The position numbers and the translations under genes are program-made. The notes beneath the pieces were generated by a model, which saw nothing but the letters and a program-made list of their open reading frames with translations, did no database searches and had not been told where the DNA came from. Of a DNA stretch of 64,000 nucleotides, positions 1 through 9,400 are shown piece after piece (within the stretch, counting starts at the first letter, position 1; every line of letters starts with the position of its first letter). The DNA comes from an uncultured Gammaproteobacteria bacterium (GTDB taxonomy: Bacteria; Pseudomonadota; Gammaproteobacteria; JAURND01): contig CAVQQD010000002.1 in NCBI GenBank assembly GCA_963714975.1, forward strand, positions 992,001-1,056,000. The letters are read 5' to 3'.

Positions 1-1
1 G

Positions 2-151
2 AAGCAGCAATTCCCGCCAACAACGGTGATGTTGCAGCTGATTACACACCATATTGGTTATGAAATTATGGATACTGCAGCAGCTTGCCGGACTTATAAT
101 ATTTTAGTTGCTGAAGGGCGCCGGGTAATAGCCGCTTTGTTGATTCGATGA
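2..151 (+). CDS. Mth938-like (DUF498/598) domain protein, 3' part (truncated by window start)
   Basis: Frame 2 reads ...HIGYEIMDTAAACRTYNILVAEGRRVIAALLIR*, the typical Mth938 C-terminal motif; not in ORF track. Confidence 0.85.
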   Translation, partial: KQQFPPTTVMLQLITHHIGYEIMDTAAACRTYNILVAEGRRVIAALLIR

Positions 152-1255
152 TCTGCAGCCTATCTTAGAAGAGGAACTAAATAAGGAATCCCCACTGGAT
201 TCCGCAGATAAATTTTGTTGATTTTCATCTGGAAAATCGCAGATGTATTTTCGATGTTGCCAATATAACACAGCTGCACAGACAAGACCCAACAGGAGCA
301 ACCCACACCCAATAACCACATCGACGCGAAGATGAGGTAATCCAAGTAAAGGGGTCTTCAATCTTTCTTGGGGGAAGAAACCTGCAAGAAAACAAGGTCC
401 TGTTATGAATGACGGAAAAGATACACTTTCTAACCAGGGCATTAGGGACCTGTGGATGTCAAAATCTTTTTTGCTTGAATAGCGATAGATGTGCTGATTT
501 TGGTTTTGTTTAGCTAATTCTGTAAGCTGTCGATCATCAATAGTTGTATTTATAAACGATACATCCCTGATTTTATTTGGAAATTCTAATGGATTTAAGC
601 CGGGATTTACTGAAGTAAACTTAAGACCGGTTATTTCTGCACCCCAGAAATTTGAATCAGCCAATACATTTAATCCACGGAAGGTGCAATTTTTTAAATT
701 AGAATCACTAAAATTTCCATAAAATAAATGGTCTTGTTCATAGTTTATTTGGGCTTCCTCTAAGTTTGCACCTGAAAAATTTGCAAAATCCGCACTAAGC
801 GTGTAAGCAGGGTCAAGGTCAAACTCGCATTTACGCAAATTAGAACCAGAGAAATTAAAGCGAGGAAATAGCGTGTTTAGATCTCCTCTGCTTACATAGG
901 TTATTTCGATGCAATTGTTTACGCTCACAGAAAATTCGTTACGTGAGTTGTACCCCCAATTATCACGAAAATAACAAAACTTAATAGAAAATTCGTATGC
1001 TTTCAGGTCTAAATTCGAAAAATCAAAGATAAAGGACTCCTTGTTAGCTAGTGACCGCTTATAATCTTTTTGAATCTTAGCAAAATATTCCCGAGTAGGT
1101 GCAGCCGCTATAAGAATATGATATTCGAGCACTATGTGTTGTATAACCTCCAGGGGGAGAAGAGTACAAGCTTGTAGGATATCTATAAAAATTTTTTGCG
1201 TAAGAATTTCTTGCGAGGATTTTAGGCTTGTTGGATTTTCAATCTCGTCTAACAT
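104..1255 (-). CDS. Pentapeptide-repeat protein with C-terminal TM segment (orphan, effector-like)
   Basis: ANFSGANLEEA, NFSDSNLKNCTF, SNFWGAEI repeats; hydrophobic VVIGCGLLLLGLVCAAVLYW; Ser-rich tail. Confidence 0.7.
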   Translation of the reverse strand: MLDEIENPTSLKSSQEILTQKIFIDILQACTLLPLEVIQHIVLEYHILIAAAPTREYFAKIQKDYKRSLANKESFIFDFSNLDLKAYEFSIKFCYFRDNWGYNSRNEFSVSVNNCIEITYVSRGDLNTLFPRFNFSGSNLRKCEFDLDPAYTLSADFANFSGANLEEAQINYEQDHLFYGNFSDSNLKNCTFRGLNVLADSNFWGAEITGLKFTSVNPGLNPLEFPNKIRDVSFINTTIDDRQLTELAKQNQNQHIYRYSSKKDFDIHRSLMPWLESVSFPSFITGPCFLAGFFPQERLKTPLLGLPHLRVDVVIGCGLLLLGLVCAAVLYWQHRKYICDFPDENQQNLSAESSGDSLFSSSSKIGCRSSNQQSGYYPAPFSN

Positions 1256-1305
1256 AAACTATTTCCCCCAACCTATTGATATATATAATTATTTCATGAA
1301 CAATA

Positions 1306-3022
1306 TCAAAAGTTTGATGGGAAAGCAACTTGAAACCCCGAAGTAATTGGATAGCGGCGATCTTTACCAAAAGCACGCTCAGTAATACGCACTCCCGGCG
1401 CGGCTTGGCGTCGCTTGTACTCACTAGAATCTACCATCTTAATTACCCTCCGCACTGTGTCAGCTGCAAAACCTGCCACAATGATTTCTTCGGCACTTTG
1501 ATCTTGTTCGATATAACGTTCCAAGATTTCATCCAGTATCGCATAGGGTGGCAAAAGGTCTTGATCCTTTTGGTTAAGGGATAGCTCTGCTGAAGGGGGA
1601 CGATCAATCACTCGTTGTGGAATCACCGGGAGATAATTGATTGCGATAAACAGCAAGTCGATAAACTAAGGTCTTAGGGATATCTTTTAACACCCCAAAA
1701 CCTCCTACCATATCTCCATATAAGGTGGCATAGCCAACTGACATTTCACTTTTATTCCCTGTAGTTAATACCAAACTTTTTTTCTTATTTGATAAGGCCA
1801 TTAACAGCGTTCCTCGGCAACGCGATTGCAAATTCTCCTCAGTCACATCGGCTGGCAGGCCAGCAAATTCCTCAGCCAATACCTCAAGAAATACTTTAAA
1901 TATTGGCTCTATGGATAAGATATGCTGCTTTACACCCATTAATTTAGTTTGTTCCATGGCATCTTCGATACTCATCTCTGCGGTGTAACGAGAAGGCATT
2001 AACACCGCTTCCACTCGTTCAGGACCAATCGCATCGACGGCAATGGCCAAGGTAAGTGCAGAATCAATTCCCCCGGATAAGCCAATGATTGCCGAAGGAA
2101 AATGATTTTTTTCCAGGTAATCATGGACCCCTAACACTAGGGCTTGATACACGCGAGCCTCCTCACTTACCCCCCTTTGACAAAGGGAGGCGGCAGGGGG
2201 GGGGATTTTCGGCGGGCTGGCTATGTGGCAGGACACGTCGGTGATCAGGGTTGCAGCAAGAGAGGTAATCTCTACTTGATCAGGACCCCAGGCAAGATCG
2301 ACTGGAAATAAACCTTCTACAAAAAATTCCGCTTGCTGCACTATTTGGCCAGTCGCATCCAAAACCATTGAGCCGCCATCGAATACTAATTCATCTTGGG
2401 CGCCAACCAAGTTGACATACACTATCGGCATCTGCCCTTCACGGGCTCGCTGTCCCATAATCTGCGTGCGAGTTTGGGCTTTATCTTTAGCAAAAGGGGA
2501 AGCATTGATGCTGATAGCAAGTTGCGCATTTTCTTCCTTGGCTTGAGTCATCGGTTCTGGAAACCAAAGATCCTCACAAATAGTAATGGCCACTGGAATG
2601 CCTTTAATGTCGACGATACAAGGGGTTATGCCAGGTTTGAAATAACGTACTTCATCAAAAACACTATAATTAGGCAGTTTTTGCTTATGGTAATGGGCCA
2701 CTAATTGCCCGTTGCGCCAAAGCGCAGCTTGGTTATAACAAGCACCATCACGCTTTTCTGGATAGCCTAAAATAACATCGATATCGTGGCTAGCTGCTTG
2801 AATTTCCGGGAGTACTTTCGCAATGCGTTCGAAAAGTTCATTGCGATACAGCAAATCTTCAGGGGGATAACCCGACAGGGCCAATTCAGGAAAGATAATC
2901 AGATCGGCTGTATAGGTTTCTTTGGCAGCTTGAATGGCTGCTAAAATTTTTGTGGTATTGCCCTCAATGTCACCAACGAGAAAATTGAGCTGTGCCATGA
3001 TAAGGCGAAGACGATTGGACAT
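1306..3022 (-). pseudogene. nadE: Glutamine-dependent NAD+ synthetase, split by a 1-nt frameshift near 1628 (pseudogene or sequencing error)
   Basis: Nitrilase domain (FPELALSGYPPEDL, ICEDLW), SGGIDS and TTGNKSE in 1604..3022; C-terminus ([24 protein letters not shown]) continues in 1306..1656. Confidence 0.92.
2170..2208. repeat. Family B palindromic repeat (CCCCCTTTG..AAAGGG.GG...GGGGGATTT) inside nadE
   Basis: ccccctttgacaaagggaggcggcagggggggggattt matches intergenic copies at 15672, 25569, 25794, 59628; encodes KIPPPAASLCQRG. Confidence 0.75.
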
Positions 3023-3160
3023 ATTGTTCCTTAAGATAAGCCACTCTTAATAAAAAGTTTGCTTTAGTAGCTTATCTTAATGCGCGTTTGCGTAAAACTC
3101 TTTTCTGTATGCTAACCATTTTTTTTCACCTGCATGGCGTCGGGCAGATGCTTTGCGCCC

Positions 3161-3212
3161 TGGATCCCGCGGACAAGCCGCGGGACGACGTAAGAACCCG
3201 AGCGGGACGACG
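3161..3212. repeat. Family D palindromic repeat (TGGATCCC-stem-GGGACGAC) plus partial second unit
   Basis: tggatcccgcggacaagccgcgggacgac; related copies at 48208 and 50581. Confidence 0.75.
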
Positions 3213-3271
3213 TGCAGCATAGCATATATCTGGTTGACTGAATTGCGGATTTCCAGGATAGTATCCAACCT

Positions 3272-3445
3272 ATGAGACGGAAAAAAATTATTGATTTTGT
3301 GAGTGCAGTTGACCGATATACCGCTAAGCTCGACGGGTCACTACCGCTTTCTGAATCTCAAAAAGCAGAAATGCAAAAATATGAAGATATTAGACGCCGG
3401 CGTGACTTGCCCCGGGGCACTAAGAAACTTCCGCACTCCTCTTAA
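3272..3445 (+). CDS. Small protein, CBU_0585-family-like (57 aa)
   Basis: MRRKKIIDFVSAVDRYTAKLDGSLPLSESQKAEMQKYEDIRRRRD...; pattern VS..D......D...LS.SQ..E..KY..I...RD recalled for this Coxiella/Legionella family; below ORF-track cutoff. Confidence 0.6.
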   Translation: MRRKKIIDFVSAVDRYTAKLDGSLPLSESQKAEMQKYEDIRRRRDLPRGTKKLPHSS

Positions 3446-3481
3446 ATCGTAACTCCCTAGGGGTCATCCCGAACGACGGTG

Positions 3482-4462
3482 TCATTTTGCCACTATGGCC
3501 TGTGGTAAGGGTAAAAAAGTAAGATGGCCTTTTTTCAGCAATTCCATAGCAGCCACAATACCTGCATGTTCATTGGAATTTCCATGCACTAAAATAATAC
3601 TGCCAGGTTTTGGAATTTCTTTCTTTGCCAACCAAGCATCACTTCCTAAAGGAATAAGGCTTAACTGATTTAACTTTAACAACAGTGCCTGATTAGCAAC
3701 TAAGCCGGGATAACGGAAAAATACCGAAGGAATCAGGCCTCTTTGCAATAATAGTTTTTCAGTAGCCAAAATCTCGTAACTAAAATCGTCAGGACGAAGA
3801 AGCATAAAATTATGGTCTAGAGGGAGATCTTGGTAATAAATATGGTTAAAGCTATGATTGACCCAAGTGATTAGCAATTTATGCTTCTTTTGTTGCTCAA
3901 TTAACCAATTAAATTCAACTGGGTGCCCAATCATCCATAATCCAGTCATTGATAAAGCGATAGGCGTTGGCTGGCCTGTTTTATTTGCTAAAGCAACTAA
4001 GTTTTGAAAGAATTCTTTTTCAAAAGGTTTGACGGATGGGCACATATCTATGGTCAAAAAAACCCCACTTTGCTCACGATTCGCATGAGTCAAGCCATAA
4101 TTTTGCAAGATATAAGGTGGCTTAGAATATTTGCTCAAAGCTTGAAGATAAGGCGTATTTTGGATGGCTGCCCTAGTATAGTAGCCAGGTTCTGCTTTTA
4201 CGTTAGTATTACGGCTCTTGAAATTGGCTGAAGGTAAAACACTGGTTTGTAGTGTATTAGGATCCACTAGCAAAAAATAGGGGGTGTTATCGATTAAATA
4301 GCTGCGAATAGCAATTGTTAACTGACCATTGGAATTATAGCCAGGTATGAAAACTGGCTGATAATCTAAAATAAAACTATAAGCCATAGCGGTGATAGCA
4401 TTTAATAGCAGTAAGAAAAATAGCAGGTGGGCAGTAAATTGCTTTCTAAAATAAAAACGCAT
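3482..4462 (-). CDS. Secreted polysaccharide-deacetylase-like protein
   Basis: Signal peptide; LTIDMCPS, WVNHSFNH, FFRYPGL, IILVHGN motifs (NodB-like). Confidence 0.7.
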   Translation of the reverse strand: MRFYFRKQFTAHLLFFLLLLNAITAMAYSFILDYQPVFIPGYNSNGQLTIAIRSYLIDNTPYFLLVDPNTLQTSVLPSANFKSRNTNVKAEPGYYTRAAIQNTPYLQALSKYSKPPYILQNYGLTHANREQSGVFLTIDMCPSVKPFEKEFFQNLVALANKTGQPTPIALSMTGLWMIGHPVEFNWLIEQQKKHKLLITWVNHSFNHIYYQDLPLDHNFMLLRPDDFSYEILATEKLLLQRGLIPSVFFRYPGLVANQALLLKLNQLSLIPLGSDAWLAKKEIPKPGSIILVHGNSNEHAGIVAAMELLKKGHLTFLPLPQAIVAK

Positions 4463-4468
4463 AAGGGA

Positions 4469-4807
4469 TTACACCGCCTCTAAAATTAACTTCTGCAACT
4501 CTCCCTGCTTATGCAATTCCGTTATAATATCGTTACCACCAATCAACTCGCCTTTAATGTACAGTTGCGGGATGGTTGGCCATTGCCCATAAACCTTAAT
4601 CCCTTCGCGTATTTCAGGATCTTCTAGAACATTCACATATAACACCTTGTTTTCAGCAAACTCTGGGGGACATTTGCTTAAACATTCTTGCAAAATGTGG
4701 CTGGCATTGGCAGAAAAACCACATTGCGGGAAAAGTACAGTCCCTTTTAAATAAAGCACTATGGGGTAAGTCTGTAACTGCTCTTTAATTTTATCGGTGA
4801 TTGTCAT
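4469..4807 (-). CDS. grxD: Monothiol glutaredoxin Grx4
   Basis: PQCGFS, WPTIPQLYIKGELIGG. Confidence 0.95.
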   Translation of the reverse strand: MTITDKIKEQLQTYPIVLYLKGTVLFPQCGFSANASHILQECLSKCPPEFAENKVLYVNVLEDPEIREGIKVYGQWPTIPQLYIKGELIGGNDIITELHKQGELQKLILEAV

Positions 4808-4950
4808 TGGAAAGGCTCTTAGGTAATGAAATTAGGCCAACATTATACCAGGACTGCTGACGAGAAGGCTAGTGACGACGGTTTTCTGATTGCACTTAGC
4901 GCTTTGACTCGCTACAATTTCAAGCCTTTAAGACCTATCGGAGATTTCGT

Positions 4951-5283
4951 ATGACCTTTGTCGTGACCGACAGTTGCATTCGCTGCAAATACACAGACTG
5001 TGTCGAAGTATGTCCCGTGGATTGCTTTCGCGAAGGCAAGGATTTTCTGGTGATTGATCCCGATGAATGTATCGACTGTAATCTCTGTGTCCCTGAATGC
5101 CCGGTCGAAGCCATTTTCAACGAAGACGATGTCCCAGAAGACCAAAAGCACTTCATTCAACTCAATGCTGAACTTGCCAAAAAATGGCAGCCCATCACGG
5201 CGAAAAAAGAAGCTCCTGCTGATGCAGCTGAGTGGGAAAAAGTCAAAAACAAGCTTGAAAGCTTATCCAAAGACGACCTGTAA
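4951..5283 (+). CDS. fdxA: 7Fe ferredoxin
   Basis: [26 protein letters not shown]...[12 protein letters not shown]. Confidence 0.93.
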   Translation: MTFVVTDSCIRCKYTDCVEVCPVDCFREGKDFLVIDPDECIDCNLCVPECPVEAIFNEDDVPEDQKHFIQLNAELAKKWQPITAKKEAPADAAEWEKVKNKLESLSKDDL

Positions 5284-5289
5284 AACTAC

Positions 5290-5315
5290 GATTGCTTCGC
5301 TGCGCTCGCAATGAC
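5290..5315. repeat. Family C palindromic repeat variant (GATTGCTTCGCTGCGCTCGCAATGAC)
   Basis: Same architecture as GATCCCTCGCTTCGCTCGGGATGAC in nadD; followed by degenerate partial units. Confidence 0.6.
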
Positions 5316-5383
5316 GGAACTAGGCTCGTAATGGCAAGTGTTGGTCGCAATGATAAGTAATAGCCAGAAGTCCTTGATTTTAT

Positions 5384-5458
5384 TGGTAGGCACGAGTGGG
5401 ATCGAACCACCGACCACCACCATGTCAAGGTGGTGCTCTACCACTGAGCTACGTGCCT
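5384..5458 (-). tRNA. tRNA-Val (GAC)
   Basis: AGGCACG acceptor stem, TAGCTCAGTGGTAGAGC D-arm, CCACC-TTGACAT-GGTGG anticodon arm, GGTTCGATCC T-loop, encoded CCA. Confidence 0.97.
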
Positions 5459-5780
5459 ACACGACAGAGGAGCAATAAAATAGCATTGCCTTTTCAGCAG
5501 TGCAACAGTTTTAAGATGTACTGATGGTATTAATAATTAAGAACCCGGTTACATAATGATTGACCCTTGAGCGATTCATCCAATTTCACACCCTCAGCAT
5601 TTTCTCCAGTTATGAGATTTCTATCCATAAATCTGAGCAACAAGTAAAAAGCTATCGTCATAGCAGCAAGGGTGCCAAGATAAGCGAAAGCTTCGGCTGC
5701 AGTTGTATAATGACCCCCAATTTTCAGACCAGCAAAATTAAAATTTTTGAGAGATAATAGCCTCCTAAGCGGAGGTGAAA

Positions 5781-6092
5781 ATGGCTCAAAAAAAGAAATG
5801 GTCAGCAACGATAAAATTTGAAATTGCTGTGCTGGCAGTCAAGGGGGAAACGACCCTAAATGAACTATGCAAACGATATCAGGTAGCTCCAAGCCAAGTG
5901 CACGCGTGGAAAAAAGAACTCTTGGAACAAGGCGCGGAATTATTCGGCAAGGGAGAGAAGTCTAAAAGAATCATTTCAGATCAAGAGGATGTGAAGAAGC
6001 AACTCTATGAGAAAATAGGACAGCTCACTATGGAGCGTGATTTCTTAAAAAAAAGTTGGGAACGATTCCAGGGGAGCAACGACGAGGATTAA
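5781..6092 (+). CDS. IS3 transposase OrfA (HTH)
   Basis: GGAGG SD; KFEIAVLAVKGETTLNELCKRYQV..QVHAWKK; LYEKIGQLTMERDFLKK; A8G -1 slip motif at 6047-6055. Confidence 0.9.
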   Translation: MAQKKKWSATIKFEIAVLAVKGETTLNELCKRYQVAPSQVHAWKKELLEQGAELFGKGEKSKRIISDQEDVKKQLYEKIGQLTMERDFLKKSWERFQGSNDED

Positions 6093-6910
6093 TTGATGAG
6101 AGGATTGATTTAAGCCTGAGGCATCAGTGTGTACTGTTAGGCGTTAATCGAAGCGGCTTGTATTACAAGAGCTGTGAACCAGTATAGATGATGTCACCCT
6201 GCTCAATGAGATCCGTGACGTATGGAGTCAGTACCCATTCTACGGGTATCGACGGATTACCAAAGAGTTAGTGGCTAACGGTTATTGTGTAAACCGCAAG
6301 CGTGTGCAGCGTTTAATGGTGACTGGCGGTGTTGCAGCAATTTATCCAGGACCTAACACGAGCAGGCGCAACCAGAAGCATGCTGTGTACCCTTATTTAT
6401 TGCGTGATTTAACGGCAGATATACCCAATCAAGCCTGGATGGTGGATATCACCTACCTACGCCTGAGTGATGGTTTTATGTACTTGGTGGCGCTAATAGA
6501 CGTATATAGTCGCTATATAGTGGGCTGGTCCTTATCAAATACGCTTGAAACGAGTTTCTGCGTGCAGGCATTAGATACTGCGCTGTCGATAGCAAAACCG
6601 CAGATCATCAATAGCGATCAGGGATGTCAATTTACTAGCACTGAATGGGTCAATGCGGTGATAGGAAGTGGTGTGCGTATCAGCATGACAGGTAAAGGTC
6701 GGTGCACGGATAATGCGCATATAGAGCGTTTTTGGCGCAGCTTTAAGCGAGAAGAGTTTTATCTGAATGAGTACGGGAGCGTCAGGGATTTAAAGAAGGC
6801 CATTAGGAGCTTATATGGAGTTTTACAACCACAAGCGATGGCATCAGGCATTAAATTATAAGACACCGGCTAAAGTCTATCTTAGCGGTGTTGAACACAG
6901 GGCAGCGTAG
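6053..6910 (+). pseudogene. IS3 transposase OrfB (DDE), two apparent frameshifts (~6180, ~6808)
   Basis: GVNRSGLYY, YGYRRIT, WMVDITY, IINSDQGCQF, IERFWRSFK; FYNHKRWHQALNYKTP lies in another frame. Confidence 0.85.
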
Positions 6911-6913
6911 GGT

Positions 6914-7046
6914 CCTGTGGATATGTGGACGAGTCCTTCGGACCAACCAGCGCTTGCGGGACGTGTGGTTAAGTCATGGATAACGCTGACGCGTTACCCA
7001 CAACTTTGCCACACTCTCGCTGGCTTCTCACCCACATACCCACAGG
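6914..7046. other. Nested stem-loop element inside the IS 3' region
   Basis: cctgtggatatgtgg pairs with ccacatacccacagg; inner hairpins gtcc-ttc-ggac and taacgc-tgac-gcgtta. Confidence 0.7.
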
Positions 7047-7344
7047 GTAACAACAACTATTTTTTAATTAATTTTAAACGGCTATAGTCTCCTAAAATTT
7101 TCTTGGGCAGTGGTCTTGACATTGGGGTCACTTCCTTGAATCAAGTCCTAATGATCCATAAGGCCCAAAACTCTTACCGTTAAGAACAAAATCGCCAGTA
7201 ACAGCTATATTGGTTAAAAAACCACTCACAATACCTGATGACAATAATCCTACTAGGGCTGGAACCAATCTATTACTAGTCAAACTCATTTTGTTCTCCA
7301 AATAATTTTTAAATTACACGAAAATCCCAAACTTTCAGTTTATG

Positions 7345-7377
7345 ATTATCTCCTTTGATTCTTAGGGGTATATTAAA
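7345..7377 (-). promoter_or_regulatory. PmrA-type box + -10 upstream of the IS-disrupted gene
   Basis: TTTAATATA-N2-CCTAAGAAT-N7-GATAAT. Confidence 0.6.
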
Positions 7378-8151
7378 TCAAAGAGAAGGAATTTTAAAAC
7401 TCCTGGCCAATTGACTGATTTCTTGTGGTGGTACGCCTTGTTCCATGGCTTTAACAAACAGTGAACCAACCACGAAGCCATCGGCAGCATAATTTAGTAT
7501 TTCTTGAGCGCTTTCCGGCTTGCCGATACCAAAGCCAACCACAATCGGTAAGCGCGTGTGTTGCTTAAACATCGCTAATTTTTCAGCAATCCCTGGCGGT
7601 AATTCCGCCCGCACTCCCGTGGTGCCCTTTTGACAGGCATAGTATAAAAAACCATTTGCGTGACGAACAATTTTCATGAATCGCTGCTCGGAAGTCGCAG
7701 AAGTGACAACAGCAATTGGGGTTATTTCATGTTGCTTGCATTGTTGATAAAAAGCTTTTCCTTCTTCCCAAGGCAAATCGACTACCAAGATCCCATCCAA
7801 CCCCGCTTGCTTTGCTCGCGGTAACCATTGCTGGGGATTATGGGCAAGCAAGGGGTTGAAATAACTAAAGAGGATTAAGGGAATATCGGCATAAGCGCGT
7901 ATTTTAGCGGCTAATTGTATCACATCAGCTAGACGCGTTTTGGCTTGTAAAGCGCGTTCTGCTGCTCGTTGAATCACTGGACCATCGGCTACTGGGTCTG
8001 AAAATGGCACGCCGAGTTCTAAGAGGTTCACTCCCCCATCAAGCAATGCCTTGGCTACGGAAAAGCTATAATCTAATCCCCCATCTCCGACCACAAAATA
8101 CCCTACAAAAGCTTTGCTGTGTGCAAATAAATTTTGGATGCGCTGGGTCAT
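7378..8151 (-). CDS. trpA: Tryptophan synthase alpha subunit
   Basis: LELGVPFSDPVADGPVIQ, GTTG, VGFGI, DGFVVGS. Confidence 0.97.
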   Translation of the reverse strand: MTQRIQNLFAHSKAFVGYFVVGDGGLDYSFSVAKALLDGGVNLLELGVPFSDPVADGPVIQRAAERALQAKTRLADVIQLAAKIRAYADIPLILFSYFNPLLAHNPQQWLPRAKQAGLDGILVVDLPWEEGKAFYQQCKQHEITPIAVVTSATSEQRFMKIVRHANGFLYYACQKGTTGVRAELPPGIAEKLAMFKQHTRLPIVVGFGIGKPESAQEILNYAADGFVVGSLFVKAMEQGVPPQEISQLARSFKIPSL

Positions 8152-9335
8152 AGCACTTGCTCCTGCAGCGTTCCCAGATCCTTGTCGCCGCGCCCAGAAA
8201 GATTGATCAATACCATACTGCCTTTAGGTAACTCCCGCCCTACTTCACAAACATAGGCCAAAGCATGAGCTGATTCTAAAGCCGCTAGAATTCCTTCGGT
8301 ACGTGCTAATAGTTGCAATGCCTGCACGGCTTGCGTGTCACTGGCTGTCACATATTTAGCGCGTTTTTCTGCAAATAAGGCGGCATGTTGTGGCCCAATC
8401 GCTGGATAATCTAAACCCGCCGAAATAGAATGGGTGGGGGCAATCTGCCCCTCAGTATCTTGCAGGATGTAAGTATAGCTGCCATGCAAAACCCCGAGAG
8501 TAGGATGCAGCAACCGGGCGGCATGTTGGCCTAATTGCTTACCGCTGCCTCCGGCTTCGACTCCGATTAATTCAATGTCTAAATTTCGGAGAAAAGCCGA
8601 GAAAATTCCGATTGCATTAGAGCCACCGCCTACGCAAGCGACGACATAATTCGGTAATTGCCCGATTTCACGCAGGCATTGTTGATGCGCTTCCTTGCCA
8701 ATGACTGATTGAAATTCCGCCACCATTTCTGGATAAGGATGGGGGCCCAAAGCGGAACCTAAGCAATAGTAAGTCGTTTCAAAGGAAAAAGACCAATCGC
8801 GTAGGGCTTCATTGACGGCTTCTTTTAGGGTTTGATCCCCATTTTCCACCGCTATAATACGCGCGCCAAACATCTGCATACGTAACACATTCATGGCCTG
8901 CCGTTCCATATCGACTTTGCCCATATACACTTCACAGGGCAGGCCGAGATGAGCACAAGCCGCTGCAGTAGCTACCCCATGTTGGCCAGCGCCGGTTTCC
9001 GCAATGACGCGGCTCTTGCCCATTTTCTTGGCCAATAAGCACTGACCAAGCGCATTATTTAATTTATGCGCACCGGTATGTAATAAATCTTCGCGCTTTA
9101 AAAAAATGCGTGGTCCATCGATGGCCTGGGCAAAACGAGGAATTTCTGTGATCGGTGTTGGGCGGCCCGCATAATGCTTGAGACTGTGTCGAAAGGCTTG
9201 TTTAAATTCAGCATTATGGCGATAGTAGTTCCAGGCAGCGCCTAAGTCTTCGAGTGCTGGTATGAGAATTTCCGGCACATAGCTACCACCAAATTGGTCA
9301 TAATGGCGGTTTTTAGCTGTCAAAAAATGAGTCAT
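8148..9335 (-). CDS. trpB: Tryptophan synthase beta subunit
   Basis: LKREDLLHTGAHK, AETGAGQHG, CVGGGSNA, NLSGRGDKD. Confidence 0.98.
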   Translation of the reverse strand: MTHFLTAKNRHYDQFGGSYVPEILIPALEDLGAAWNYYRHNAEFKQAFRHSLKHYAGRPTPITEIPRFAQAIDGPRIFLKREDLLHTGAHKLNNALGQCLLAKKMGKSRVIAETGAGQHGVATAAACAHLGLPCEVYMGKVDMERQAMNVLRMQMFGARIIAVENGDQTLKEAVNEALRDWSFSFETTYYCLGSALGPHPYPEMVAEFQSVIGKEAHQQCLREIGQLPNYVVACVGGGSNAIGIFSAFLRNLDIELIGVEAGGSGKQLGQHAARLLHPTLGVLHGSYTYILQDTEGQIAPTHSISAGLDYPAIGPQHAALFAEKRAKYVTASDTQAVQALQLLARTEGILAALESAHALAYVCEVGRELPKGSMVLINLSGRGDKDLGTLQEQVL

Positions 9336-9341
9336 ATGTAT

Positions 9342-9400
9342 CCCCCCTCTCCCTACCCTCTCCCACCTTCCCTCGCTGACGCTCGGGCGGGGGAGAGGGA
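9342..9400. repeat. Family A palindromic repeat with a family-C-like core nested inside; supplies trpF C-terminus and stop
   Basis: ccctctccc...ggggagaggg enclosing ccctcgctgacgctcggg; TrpF ends SLSPARASAREGGRG*. Confidence 0.7.

Larger units (their letters stand above)
5706..7135 (+). mobile_element. IS3-family insertion sequence (1430 bp) with 3-bp target duplication TTG
   Basis: Imperfect terminal IRs (tgacccccaattttcagacca / tggtcttgacattggggtca); TTG at 5703-5705 and 7136-7138; orfA/orfB. Confidence 0.92.
5530..7289 (-). pseudogene. 108-aa two-TM membrane protein gene interrupted by IS3 element
   Basis: GGAG SD + ATG at 7289; removing 5706-7135 and one TTG copy fuses MSLTSNRL...GSLGLDS in frame to TAAEAFAYLG...NRVLNY*. 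Confidence 0.85.

Noticed and set aside
1604-1656. Programmed frameshift in nadE
   Set aside because: No slippery heptamer or stimulatory element at the junction
3449-3470. gtaactccctaggggtcatc resembling gtaactctccagagggtcatc at 41146
   Set aside because: Too short and only two copies; may be chance or a repeat remnant
5384-5458. tRNA-Val as an island integration site
   Set aside because: No integrase and no duplicated tRNA 3' end seen in the window
5530-5808. 92-aa ORF as an intact gene
   Set aside because: It is a chimera of the IS left end and the C-terminal half of the disrupted gene
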